This document shows positions 12,759 to 26,221 of a stretch of 64,000 nt of DNA, piece after piece. A model generated the notes under the pieces. It searched no databases. It saw only the letters and a list, made by a program, of their open reading frames with translations, and had not been told where the DNA came from. The position numbers and the translations under genes are program-made. This stretch comes from Gordius albopunctatus (Eukaryota): NCBI GenBank assembly GCA_964276515.1, contig OZ193909.1, positions 3,224,001 through 3,288,000 on the forward strand. The letters run 5' to 3'. How positions within the stretch are numbered: the stretch's first letter is position 1; the number at the start of each line of letters is the position of its first letter.

Positions 12759-13002
12759 CATAGGCGTAGGCAGGGGGGGCGGCCGCCCCCCTGAATGAGA
12801 ATTTTTCTATTTTTTAATGTAAATTTATGTAAAAATTGGAAAAAATTAGTGTTTCGCCCCCCCCCCTGATTGAAATTAAGTTTTATGTAGAAAATTTTAT
12901 ACCAAAAAAAGGTCTCGGCGACCTTTTTTTTTTTGCTCTCACTTAGTCTCGGCGATTTTTTTTGCTCGCCCCCCCCTGATCCGAAAGCTGGCTACGCCCA
13001 TG
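12759..13002. mobile_element. hAT-type MITE, CATGGGCGTAGCCAG-TIR family
   Basis: TIRs plus an 8-bp TSD TCCTTAAA. Family members occur at ~7635, 24378, 27624, 29700, 33887 (TSD TTATGGAA), 38241 (TSD TCGGGTTT), 44458, 48192, 51602 and 54867. Confidence 0.8.
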
Positions 13003-13679
13003 TCCTTAAAATTATACAAAACAAAAGTTTAATTTTTTTTTATAAATGGTTGCTTTAGTTTGCTCTCTGGATAATGTTCTGGGAGGAGTATTGGATGTAT
13101 GGATCTTAACTTTTAATAATTTGAACAAAATATAACATAAATCTGCAAAAATGCTTGCAATAATTTCAGTGAATAGCTATTAAGATAACACTTTTAAGCT
13201 TTATGACTGAAAATGATAGTTAAATATTGCGTCAATAATTTTAATAATTTTGCACAAATTATTTTAATTTGTTAAATTCTTGCTCATATTATTTTTCTCT
13301 AAATTCTACGTATAAGACAAATAAAAATAAAACCTAAATGCTTGAAAAGTAATATATTAATTTTATAAGGCTAAGAAACCATAGACTGTAAGAAACCAAA
13401 TAACAATTAAGACGAAGATTTAAAATGCAAATAAAATAATTTAAACCGTTTTGCTTTTATATTAGTATAAATTATGAATAATTTTGATCATATACTTTTT
13501 GTTAATCTGAATATTAAAATGACACTATAAAAAATATTTTCACTTTTATATGTAAGGTAATAAAACTAGAAGTAATATTTCAAGGCTTTAAATTATTTAA
13601 AAAGATTAAAATACCCAGAACTTTAAAAGTTCAATTCTTTTTAAGTTATGACGATCATACATGCTGAGTCATATATACC

Positions 13680-13970
13680 CATAGACTTAATAGACTGCTC
13701 ATTCCCTTTAAAAAAGTGATCCCAATTTTGACCGCCATCTTGAACTAATATTTTTGTTTTCACTGAGTTTTAACAGTTTATAGCTGCTGCACAGTATGTC
13801 TGTCATTCTATGGTTTGTTTTCTTATTTCCTATAAACAAAAAAATATAATTATATATAGCATCTAAATAATTTACCAGTGTCGCTTGTTAATTATTTGAA
13901 GGTGGCTACTTTTTTGGCTTCAAATTTTTCATATGTATGCATGTTCAATGAGCAGTCTATTAAGTCTATG
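13680..13970. mobile_element. MITE with CATAGACTTAATAGACTGCTCAT TIRs
   Basis: Perfect ~23-bp TIR. Related ends at 31860/33364 and 61804. Confidence 0.75.
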
Positions 13971-15572
13971 TATATATATTATATACCATGCCCGTGTTCT
14001 ATAAATGAAGTTCACCAGTGGGCTATGTAAATTTATACATGATAAGTACTGATTATTTGCTTCCTTTAAGAAATGTATTTTTCTTTGGTAGCATTGGGAT
14101 ACTGTTAGTTTGATAAGAGCCTTATACTTAACACTTTGTAAAAAAATAATTACCTAAAGTACTAATAATTTTATTATTTTAATTAATATCTATTGTATTA
14201 CTAGAGATTGGGTTGTTGATGATAACCTTTCTTTTTAAATTTAACACTCAATGAAGGGAACGCTGCACTATGTGAAATTATCGTTAAATATTTCTTTTAG
14301 ATCGAAAAAATAAACAAACGAGCAAATTTAGCTAATACCAATTTTAACACAACATTTCTCCTGACGTAAGATAGTATACTGCCAACCAAGCATCATAAAA
14401 CTAATTTTTTAACCAAAATTTTTATAGTTAAGCATAGAGTGTAAACCTAAGGAAATATGAGTTTTAGGTTGGGATTAGAAAATCTCAGATTAACCTAAAT
14501 ATAAAATGTTTAGATGGCCCGTCAACTTGCCATAAACCATCTCAAAGAACTTAATGTCGCAGACCCCTATATTCAAATTCCATATTTGAATATTATATGG
14601 TCACTTATTAATATCTTTTATTTTACTATTTTGAATATACGAATTTATCGTCTGCCCATATTTATCTTCTGCGTATGAATTTATCGTCTGCGTATATTTA
14701 TCTTATACGTATGATTTTATCGTTTGCTAATAATAATTAATCGCGGATATATAACAAATCAAATTCGTTTTTTTTCGATGTCCCAATTCACTACACATTC
14801 CATTTTTTTGATTAAATAAAATATGGTGTTGCCTTAATTTATCCCCTTGTTTAATATAATATTATACTAGTATCTAAAGGGAAGACGGCAGCAACACAAG
14901 GTTAAAAAATTTCCCCTAATTTAAAAATGTTACCTAGCAAAATTTCTTATTATTCATATGATGGATTCCGAATTATTTCAAAATAGGTTAGATAATAATG
15001 TTGTTATAAAATTAAAAATTATTTTGACAGGGCACATAAATGAAGATATTTATAGCAAATTAAAAAAATTATATAAATTTTATGGCCGATTATGGCTGCA
15101 CTAATAACAAAAGGAAAAAAACGATATATCCTTACATAAGTAATATTATACTTTTATAGTAATGTGTTGCATATTAATTTTTTAAATAATGTAATATATT
15201 TGTTATATGAGCATTTATAAAATAAGTTGTAGTGGCAACTTTTGTGAATAAAAATAAAATATCAGAGTTTAATTCTCAACAATAGGGTTTAAGAGTGCCG
15301 CAATAAACTTAAAGGTACACTCTAATTAGCGCCATCTATAGGCAATTTTAATTCTAGACTAATTTGACGATATATATCGCTATCATTTTATCATGTGACT
15401 CAAAAATCATAACAGACATATAACGTTTTCGCTCTTATTAGAGCTCATCACTATGCCATAGTTGATTTTCTAGTCCCATTTTAAGCGAGGTAGGTATAGT
15501 ATAGGTTTAGGTATATGAAAAGCCCAAGTAAAATATAATACATCCTAAAAAATCGCGCGCTTAATCCACCAA

Positions 15573-18290
15573 CATGGGCGTAGCCAGGCCCCCCCCCCGC
15601 CCTAATTTAGAAAAAAAGAAAAATTTCAATACAAAAACCCTTAAAAATTAAAAAAATTATGTTTTGCCCCCCCCCCCGTTTGAACTTAACTCAAATAAAT
15701 ACAGAGGCTTATATTAGCGAATTTACACATAAATTTAAATTATTTTGGTAAAATTAAATCTAAATTTGAGATTTTAGATTACTAGTTGCGATTGTGATTG
15801 TGTAGTCATTATTGATTTCTTATTCCTAAAATTAATACATACATTCAAATTAATTTCCCTAACAATTTCAAATTTAATGGATATTCGTACATACTTTATT
15901 AAAAACGGTAAGTTAAAAAATTTTATTTTGAATCTTTTTAGACATTTGATAATATTTATTTCAGTATTTTAATTATTTAGCAAAGACTTTTTTGAAAATT
16001 TTATGTGTTTTGCTTAAATAATTTTCGACATATTTATTAATTATATATCAATTTCAAAAAAATTTATGAAATACTTTAAATTTATTTAAATAATTTTATG
16101 ATTTAAAAATAGTAATTTATGCAGGTATATTTTATATTACATCAATCTGATTATGAATATTGATTATTTTTATAGTTATTAAAAATTTTGTGGGGCTTGG
16201 GCTATATTCAGTATTTTTTAGTAAATTGCAAAAACTTTTTATATAGGTTTTCAGACATCTATTTTTTTCTGTATCATCATTATATAGTAATTGCATGTTT
16301 TTGATATTTAATTATATCAAATTTTTAAATTATAGCATGCCAAAGGAAAGTGAGGAGTGTAGAGCTGGATGGATAGAACGAGTTGTGTTCGCCTATAGGA
16401 TTTAATAAAAGTTAGAATTTAAGCTTAGTTAAAAAATATATAATTGTTGTGAATTTAATTTTTAATTTAAAAATAAGATTCATAATATAAATTGTATTAA
16501 CAATTTTAGCATGCCAAGTGGAAAGTGTAGAGCTGGATGGAGAGAACGAGTTGTGTTCGTCTTAGAGGTGTGCACGGATCAAATTTTTTTGATCCGATCG
16601 GAGGGGTTTTGAAAAACTTATATCCATCCGATTCGATCCGAGTATTTTAAAATCTAAATCCGATCCGATCCGAGGTTTTAAAATATAAATTCGATCCGAT
16701 CCGAAACTTTTAAATTAAAATTTTACGAACAGAACTTTTTATTGATGATTAAATTATAAATACATAAAAATAAGGTATAGCAATTTTAATAGACCTGAAA
16801 TAAATATAAAATTTTATTTGACTATATAAAAATAATAAAGAATCTCGTTAACGATTGAAAACGGTCGAATATCTTTTGAAATAAAATAAATTAGATGATT
16901 TTCAAAAAAATTTTTAATTTTGTGATTTCAGCGAGAGGTTTGGTAACAAATTTGTCAATTGTATTTTTAGCTGAAGTTTTTGGAATACATTTATGATGCA
17001 AAAGATGGGAACTACCTCGAATGGAATTATATGTGTAGATATGATGGCATTTCTCGCAGATAACATAACCGGTGTATGTATCATTTTCATTTATTTAGAA
17101 GGTCAAAGTAACTCCAAATTTGACTTTTTCCGTCTTCTTTTTTAACTTGTTGAAGCATCTTTCTTTTAAATTTTTTTTATTATTACTTCCATGACGGTTT
17201 TTAATATGATAAACAATAGAAAGGAGCTACGCGTGTGCTTTAAGGAAAGGAGAGATTGTGATTGATGATTTTCGGAGTTGAGTTGAGATAGAAAGAAATG
17301 CGTGTGCTAAAAAGGAAACGGGAGATGCTGATTTATCATTGACACTAGCTCCTTTCTCGCCAAACAAGAAAGTCTAGCTAGGGGAAAACACTAGGGAAAT
17401 ACTGATAAATATGTTAGGGTAAGTAAAGTGGTATTGGGCATCAAAAATGGTAAAGTAAAAAAAGAATGCAAAGATAATTATGAAAAGGTATACTAAAAAT
17501 TATTAATTTAATTAATTAGAACTTATTATTGTTTATTTTAAATTTGAAAATCCGATCCGATGCGACTAAAATAAATTGTTGATCCGATCCGATCCGACTT
17601 CCAAAATTAAAATTTGATGCGATCCGAGTTCGGACGGATCGGATTGATCGGTGCACACCTCTAGCTTCGTGTGGCATTAGGTAAATGTTTAGTAATTTTT
17701 ATTACCGTGGCAATGATTTGCCCTTTTTGATTTGTAAAATTAAAATTACCCTTGGATTAATTATTTGGATTTTGTGATCTCGTTTGCTTGTTCAAGGCCA
17801 CGCGTTTACTCATAAATTATAGAATCACGATGATTATTAATTTCATTGTTAATTTCGCTATTTGTTAGTTTATCGTTATATTCGCTGTTTATTATTATTG
17901 ATGCGTCATCTTTGTTTACGCTTAATCTGATTACCTCATCTATCATTATTGTTACTACTATAAAACAAATTGTTAGTGTAAATAATAGAGATAATAAAAT
18001 TTGAAGTTGAATAAATTAGTATGAAAAATAAAGCTACTTAATATTCGCGGTAGTTCTAGAAAATAAATACATGTAGCTAGAAAATAAATAAATATTTTTA
18101 TAAATACGAAACTTCGTCTATAGGATTTAATGAAAGTTAGAATTTAAGGCGCTGCCCCCCCCCCCTATCCGGAATTTTTTTTGATAGGCGAGACCTTTTT
18201 TTTGCTCTCAGGAAAAATTTTGGGATAGTCAAGGAAAATTTTTTGTTATCTGCCCCCCCCCCCTTAATTCAAAATCTGGCTACGCCCATT
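15573..18290. mobile_element. Large CATGGGCGTAGCCAG-TIR hAT element containing a nested element
   Basis: TIRs with an 8-bp TSD TCCACCAA on both sides. Confidence 0.75.
16563..17663 (-). mobile_element. Hermes/hobo-like hAT deletion derivative (GATCC subterminal repeats), copy 1
   Basis: TIR TAGAGGTGTGCAC(G/C)GATC, many GATCC repeats and a BED-finger remnant. Near-identical to 32144-33211. Confidence 0.85.
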
Positions 18291-18478
18291 TCCACCAATA
18301 CAATATTTTAAAGTCAGATGATAAATTACATTAATCGCAGAAATGTCCCAGGTAATATTCGGCGAGATGGTTTTCGGCAAGTTGATAGGCAACAAAATGT
18401 TTCAGCAGTCTCTCATTGCGTACTCAATTGCTAAATTATGCTCATATGCCAGCATGGTAATCAGCAGCGATTCGAGAC

Positions 18479-19543
18479 ATGAGTGAAAATGAATTTGTTA
18501 TTGATTTAGAAAATGTAGAATCATTGGTGCAAGGTTTATTAATAATGTCTGCAAAATTATAATATTATTATAGGTAATATAGAGGGCAGTGAACCCTCAA
18601 AACTTTCAAGAGTAAACAAAGAATCCTACTATGAGCTGTCAACCAGTCAAGTGACTAATTTTGTCCTTCAAGCTGGTAGAGAAAAAGCATCTAAGGTTTT
18701 CAACTTATATGGTAGTCTTGATTTGTTACGGCCATATTTTGATGTAAAGCCATCTATGATAATGCATAAATTATTGTATTCATTCAAGCCAGAATTGACA
18801 TATAAAGTATATTTTATTATTTTTTAAATATGTTTGAAAGAAATTAGATGCTGAACTTTATGGACCATTAATGATTGTGCTAACTTTAATAGCATTATTG
18901 ATTTGTGAAATAAAAACATCAGAGCATATAATTGTAAAAAATTATTTGCCTAAATATATATTCACTTAGGGTGAAGGTACTATATTTGGCACTTCTTTTT
19001 CCTTATGTTTTGGTTATTGGATTTCAGCAAGCATTTTTTTGGCATTTTTATGCTTTTTATTTAATGTAAACATAAATGTGATTCAATTAAGCACACTAAT
19101 TGTAAGTTATTAAATCCATTGTGCAGCTTTATTAATTGTTTTATAGGGCTATGGATTATTTGGCCATTGTTTAATAGTGTCAATTGGGATACTGTATCAC
19201 CCACCCAACCATACAATTATTTACATTTTTATAATTCTGGTTGCAAGTTGTACTGGTTTAAGGATGGTGAATCATTTTAATTATTTAAGTGACCCAATAT
19301 TAATAGGTTTTTAAAGTTATGTCTCATATTAAAGAAGTGAAGCACAAAATTATCATTGGGACAATAATGGGTGCCTTTCACATATTCTTCTTGTTATACA
19401 TTCATTTTTCATTCCACAAACTAATTGAAGGTAACATTATAAAAATAATTATAAATTTTTATACTTATCATTTTTTAATTAAATGTTTAGAATTTGACAC
19501 AAGCACACACTCAGAAATAAAATATCCTATCCCACCACCTTAA
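18479..19543 (+). CDS. YIPF3: YIPF3 (Yip1 domain family member 3), 7 exons, 269 aa
   Basis: Exons 18479-18533, 18574-18806, 18841-18933, 18970-19101, 19147-19266, 19307-19430 and 19491-19543. Motifs: VIDLEN, QAGREKASKVFNLYGSLDLLRPYFDVKP, ELYGPLMIVLTLIA, EGTIFGT..CFGYW, GYGLFGHC, HIFFLLYIHFSFHKLIE. Almost entirely missed by the ORF track. Confidence 0.93.
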
Positions 19544-20338
19544 ATTATTTGCAAACTTTATACAAATTATTATGCAACTTTATCAAAAAAATTTCATGGT
19601 CACATGGGTTGCTCTGTTCTTACTACAATAAATTCTCCAAATTTTTACAATAGATGTTAAAGACATAATTACTTGCTTTTTTATCACATATTTATATTTT
19701 TATCAGATAAACAATTTTTTTAAATGATAAAATAAAAATCTGGCTTACTTTATAAGTAACATTCTTTGAATAAATTTGTTTAATATCTCATTACAGTATA
19801 CTCATCAATACAATAATTATATATAAAATTTAGTTAAGAACATATTCATAATGGCAATTATAATAAAAGTAAAATGATTTTCACTATACGCCATATTTAC
19901 TATAATTTGTAATCCTGGTAACCCATCTTTATCAGTTATTTGGTCCCACAGCCATGTTTGTTTGAATGAGCTTTTTCCATTGCCATGTCGTCACTATTGT
20001 TTTCATAACTTTCAAACATTAATTAAAATTTATAAGACACGGGAAATGAACTCTTGTACCTAATACACATTAATATCGCTACCTACATAGGACACCATTT
20101 CTACCTTTGGGTTCTATTTAATTTAGTTTGTAGTTAGTTAAGTTACTTTTTTGAATGCCAAATATAACTTTGTTTACCAATTTCTAGTAGTTGTGGGTAT
20201 TCGTCAGTAAGACGTCGACCACTTATTTAAACAATAGCGATTTTATACTTGTAAAGGCCACATATGCAAATTATCTTCATCTCTTCGCACCCCCACCCCC
20301 CTCTTCCATATGTGTAATTAGAATTTAAGGGTTTAAAT

Positions 20339-21428
20339 TAGAGAAATGCAAAGTCATTTTTTCGTCAACCCTAACCAGAACCCAACATTTTTTTAAAATT
20401 TTCAAACCGGGCCCGACCCGATAGTGCTAAAAAAAATTTTATCGAATCCCTTCCGAACGTGTTTCAAATTTTGATATCATACGCGAGAGTAAGAAAAATT
20501 GCGGTGTGCATGGGCTTGACCATCTAAATTTAAAAAAGCTTAGATATTTTATCAAATTATGGCTAAAATTTAAAAAAATGGTCATTTTGCTCCTGCCTTA
20601 ATCATTATTGCCCCCTCGAATTTCAATTTTCTGACTACTCCCAGGAGTAGAGTTGTTAAAATGCTAACTTTCTTCAACTCCAGCCACCATCTGCTCGAGT
20701 TTCTGCTCGGCCCTCGAGCATTTTTATATGCTACTGCTCTGCCTAGTGCACCAAACAGCGAGCACATATTGTGTTAACGCGCATATTAAGCAACTCAGTG
20801 TGCGTGCTCGCGTTTGGAGTTTGAAGAAACTTAGCAATGGTGTTTAAAATTTAATCAACAAATGTATGTGCGATTAATGAAACTAATTGATTCCACAGAT
20901 TTTTAATTATTAAATTTATTTGAATGATTTAATATAGAGATATATAAATAGGATAGCATCTACAATATCGGTTCACATACAATTTGAAATATATAGTTTT
21001 CCAAATGAATCATTTAATTAATTTAAACTTACTTTTATTTTTTATAAATATATATTTATGTAATTTAAATTAATAAACTTCACACTATTTAAATACAATT
21101 TAAAAAGATTATTTTGTTGATATATTTTACCTTTCATGAATCAAATTTAAATTTGCGTCCAAATTAAAACAATCAGATTTAAAAAAAACAAAAGAAATTT
21201 GAATTAACCTAATGAATAATCTTCAATTATAAATTTAAATATTAATTAAAATATATTATACATAATAGCATTATTTTTAAACAATATCCCATGTATTCTG
21301 CAATGTATGATTCATAACCTTTGACCCGACACTTTAAATCCAACTCGAAAGCATTTCAAAATTTTCAACCCGAACCCCAAGACATTTCAAAATTTTCGAG
21401 GTCAGGTGGTCACCCGTGCAGTTCTCTA
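20339..21428. mobile_element. Non-autonomous DNA transposon (TAGAGAAxTGCA TIR, CCCGA subterminal repeats); partial copy at ~44150-44832
   Basis: TIR ends, and internal sequence shared in reverse orientation with 44150-44832. Confidence 0.6.
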
Positions 21429-21586
21429 GTTTAAAGCATATCCAAGGTATAAAAATTTTTAATTGCAAAATAACTGACATCATAAATATATGAATTTATT
21501 CGAAAGATAATTCTAATGACGATTATCGGGTAAACAGGTATTTATAAAAAATTGCACACAAAAGATATACTATATATTAGTGGATT

Positions 21587-24500
21587 TTATAAATCATCTA
21601 TTAAAATATATTCGATCTTAGATTTAGCAGTGGGTTGAGGAAGCGACGTTGAATTATAACTGGAAGTGACAGGATGTAGACCACTGTTATCTTGAGTATC
21701 AGGTTTGAAGTGCGAGCTGTGATATTCGTGTGTTTCATTAATTTTATTTAAAGACTGAACTGCGGAGATTACGAATTCGGGAGACAGTAGAGACACGATA
21801 TTGGACGATTTCGTGAGTTTATTCAACACGCCAAATGGACAGGCAGGGATCAAGTCAGGTGTTTCCTCAGTCCCTCTATCGAATTTATTCTCTTGAATCT
21901 TATTTTCTTCATGAGACCTTTGCCTTTTGCTCTTCGGTTCATGCGTTATCATAATGTGAGGTGAGCTAGGTTTCGAAAGGGTAGCCTTGCTTCGGGTGGA
22001 TATGGCCCGGGTTTGAATATTTTTGGTAAAATTTTTACAGCGCGACCGCCTATCTGCTAATTTAGCCTTGAAGGTTAATTCATCAGGAGGTTCGTTTTGA
22101 GAAGGACTTTTGGCTGTAGTTGTGGTGGTGACCTTAGAAGGAGAGGTAATATCAGGGTAGAGGGGAGAAAGATGATCTGAAGGAGAAACGGGGTAATTTA
22201 ATACTTTTTGATCGGTAAGCAACGAGTCATTAGAATTAATATTCGGTGAAGATGAATTATCAATGAAAAAGGGAACTGGAGCTTTATAAATGCCATCTTC
22301 GGACGTCGCTATATTCTTCGCATAACAATTTTCCCCGTTAGCCGAAACAGTTTTATAGCTTTGGCTGTGATATCTTGGATCCTGGTAACAAATGCGTTTA
22401 CCTTTGAGGTAAGCGTATTTCACTTTACCCATCAAGGGTATAGTAGTGGGTAAATCCATTTGAGTTATTAAGTCGCGCCCGTGGAATGTAGAGGGGGTAT
22501 TACTTTCCCCGGGCTCAGGGCTTTCTGACGTGTGCTTCCTCTTACAATTTTGATCAAAACTGTCAGGTTCTTTAATTAACTGATCATTGCCCTTACCGGT
22601 ATTTTGGCTCGATTCAAGACATGCAGCAGCTGAGATGTGGTTAGCTGTTAACACTGGCTGCCCTTCACTTTTTATTTGAGACGAGTAATCGCTGTCAACT
22701 TTTAGAAAAGCTTCGGGCTGTTTGTGGATACTCTCGCGCAATCTTTTCACAATTCTAGGGTCTAATCTTTTAGCAGGTGGACCGCTGCTAGAAGTGCTGG
22801 TGCAAGGTTTTTCTTCACGCTTGACGTTAGCATCGTTTTTGTTACCCGAAATCTCCCCGTTTTTATCACCAAATTCTAATTTCACGTTAGATGAAGGCGT
22901 TGTTGTCTCAAATTCGCTTTTGGCGCATTGCGATTGATCGTTGGAACGGCTAAAGGGACTGAATTGACAACTATTTTTAAAATTTTCCACCAAGTCCTCT
23001 ATTATATTTTGAAGCTCGACTCTCAAAATGGCGGGGGATGAAGTGTCGGTGTTAAAAGCGGACATGTATTCAATCATTAGAGTAATGGTTTTGTCCACAG
23101 CCATTTTATCTTCAGCTTCCTCAAATTTATCTGCAAACGTGGACAGGAGTTTGAGCATTATGGAGAAGACGAAATTGAAAAAATCGACACCTTGATCGAT
23201 CCCCAATGAGAGCAATAGATTATTGCATTTTTCAATTATGGTTGATCTGTTGAGACTAGAAAGATGGGCTTCCGCAATTATCCTGCTAAATAATAAAAAA
23301 GCTTATTATACAAAACTTTTGTATATAGTATTACCTAGATTCGGGGTTCAAGAACTGACTTGGTGAAATAGGTAAATCTTTCGATTCATTTTTCACCTGG
23401 TTCGCGGGTTGGTTATATTTATCTTGTAAATTTTTAGCGAGAGTATCGGGATGGCCATTGATAGTTTGATAAAAATTATGGGGAAAGGGCAGAGCATGCT
23501 TAGGATATGGTTGGACCTGTTCTTGCTCATTCTCTATAACAGGCTTACTGCCATTAGAAGGGGCAGCATAGCGCAAGATATGAGGCGTTTTTCCATAACT
23601 AGCAAACACATCGGATGACGGGGTTGGTATAGGTGGGCGTGGATAATTCTGGACATTGGGGTCAACAATACCTAAAGCATCTTCAAATTTATTAAGGATA
23701 TTATTTTCATTGGGGGCATTCGTATAATGCTGGGGAGGAGCATTGGATGGGAGCTGAGATGTTTTCACAAGGCCGGAGGATGAGTTAGAATCGGTTAGTA
23801 TTATATTGGGAGAAGGAAAGTCCGTAGTAGAAAAATAAGCATCTCTGTTAGCTTTGCTCGGTACTTTATTAGGGCCGTATTCCTTTTTTTCATTATTTGC
23901 TTTGTTGGAGCCTTGTGGCGCGCTACCTGGCGCAGCTGTCGACACTCCCTTTTTAACGTTGAATGCATTGTTGTAGGCGCTATTTGTGAGGGATGCCTTG
24001 AAGGAGAGGTTGGCCGGTTTAGTGTAGTAAACGACGGCATAAGGATAAATACTTCGAGGATAGGATAGTAGACTCAACGTGTTCATGTCATATTCGTAAA
24101 TGTAGATCTGAAGAGGTGCAAAAAATAAATACAATTTGAAGGGAGTTTTATTATTAAAATACCATAGATTTATCCCTTTTGACTATGAGAGACTTTTCGT
24201 GAGGAACAGGCTTCTGATCAGGGATGTGAATATCGTGAATAGGAGATGGGTCAATCTCATTTTCTTTACCATTCACCATTATCGTTTGACAGCGACCCAT
24301 CAAAACCTTATAATACAGGATGGAAAAAAATGGATAAAATCAAGCAATAATGTAAAATATCTTGTTTTTGTCTAGCCCATGGGCGTAGCTAAAAGAGAGA
24401 GACGCCTATCCCCTCTAAATCCAAACAACTGAATTATGGCTAAAATTTGAAAAAATTGTCATTTTCTCCTAATTGTCCCCCTCTCATTTCAATCCTGGCT

Positions 24501-26221
24501 ACGCCCTTGGTCTACCCTCTCCTTTTATTGAAAAATTAGATAATTGCATAGCAATAGAACGATAACAAATTGTTAGGTAAAAATTTATTTACAATTTTCT
24601 ACTATCCAATATCACTTCTGTGCAAAATGTAATATAGGCAAGGGTTAGATTTAGTGATTTATTTGATAATATGTATCTATAAAATAGTATTATACATTTT
24701 GATATAACTTATTTTGTTTTAATTAACAATTATAGTATCCTTTTATTACGTAGTTTTTTAGTACATATTACATGCGTATGAATATGCGTGAAAACCGGTC
24801 TCAATTTCTAAAACGCGAATATTACATTTTGCACCAGATTCTCCAATATTGTTTAACGCTAACCCCATGTCAAAAATAGCAATAATGAAATTCTCCTCCA
24901 ATAAAAATTCTTAAAATTATATAATTTGCAAATTAAAATATCTATCATTTACATTTTAATTTATTAATAAAAATTTAGAACTTAAACATAAGAATATAAA
25001 CCACAATTTTTGACTCGGGTTAAGCCTAGAGGATATAACCAAAATGAACACAAGACGTGCGATATCTGCTAACCAGTTACCATGCAAATTCACTAACTCA
25101 AAATTTGTTTACTCTCGCTACCGTGATGGCGCATTAACACATCACATATCCATTGTTTATCATGCCATATGCGATTCATTATTTTTTTTATTACAAGGAG
25201 GAAATGTATTAATAATAATATCAAAGTAAAGAAGCGGTATCACCCCTAATGCTTTGTTTACCTTAAATATGACTAAACAGGCGGACAATTCACTACTACT
25301 GCTATGCGAAGAGGAACTTTTATGCACGGGCGTCCATATTGAATTGCCGTACAGTTCTTTGCAATAGGCGTTGCTACCCAACTTTGCATCCATGGCACAC
25401 ACATCTGCGTAACGAAAGAGGTGTACTCCTTTATTATTGTAGCCTAGTACAGATTTCCTCACGTTTCCAACTTTAACTCCCCCATCCCTCGCGATTTTGT
25501 CTATCGCGTGGGGCGGGAAAAAGGAGAAAGCGTACGTCTCGACTGGTAATCTCCCCACCACTAAATTCTTCAATTCTGCCTTTTTCTCCAAATACCTCTC
25601 CTCCGCATCCTTGTTCCCAAAACTTTTAACCTACATTAAATACATGCTTAAGTAATTTTTTAAGAGATGTATTAAGCGATGAAAGATTTATCTAATGAAA
25701 TAATCATCTAGAGGAGGTTACTACTACATCATTAAGCGTTTAATAAGAGGTAAATAAATTGCATTCACATAAACAATAATATAGATAAGAAATAATTAAT
25801 GATTTAGTAAGGGGAAGGGGAGAATGCAGAAACTGGGAAAGAAGCAATCTGATCTTAATATAGAGACAACCATGGTAAATAAGGTCACACGTATCGATCC
25901 GTTTTTCTCTTTGATATGATTGGCTGATGAATGTATTCATACGCGACAAAAAAAATGTGAAATAAATGCAGTAATATTTGAGTTATAATTTAATAGAATA
26001 ATTACCTTCTGTACTCTAAGCCCATTAAAGGCCGTTTTATCGCAAACAAATGAGTTGTTAATAATATTATGGATTTCCTTCTCTTCATGATTTCCTAGGC
26101 TGATTTCTTGAACGTGTCCTAATAATTGAATTTATGCATTAATTTATGAAGAAGTAGGCATAATACCCTTTTCATTGGTGATCTCCTTTTTCGGAATAAC
26201 AAAACTTTTAAGCTTAGTCAT
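21587..26221 (-). CDS. TASOR: TASOR-like protein (DUF3715 pseudo-PARP domain), copy A, 6 exons, 1049 aa
   Basis: Exons 26221-26167, 26118-26006, 25630-25262, 24306-24163, 24107-23335 and 23282-21587, all phase-consistent GT-AG. The N-terminus resembles TASOR DUF3715 as I recall it: FVIPKK, N..AEERYLEKKAELK, ETYAF, G.KVG....LG...KGVHLFRYAD, LVIFKVLMG, DPSP.HD.H, IYIYEY...PRSIYPYAVV. Confidence 0.85.

Noticed and set aside
19880..20030. Short coding-like stretch on the minus strand downstream of YIPF3
   Set aside because: No recognisable homology and no consistent exon chain.
21587..25591. ORF-track proteins of 542, 267 and 143 aa as separate genes
   Set aside because: They are exons of one spliced gene; the ORF starts are TTG codons in introns or mid-exon.
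25740..25949. 69-aa ORF identical in both arms (also 53407-53616)
   Set aside because: Lies inside TASOR-like intron 2 and has a non-ATG start; the identity is explained by the duplication/conversion.
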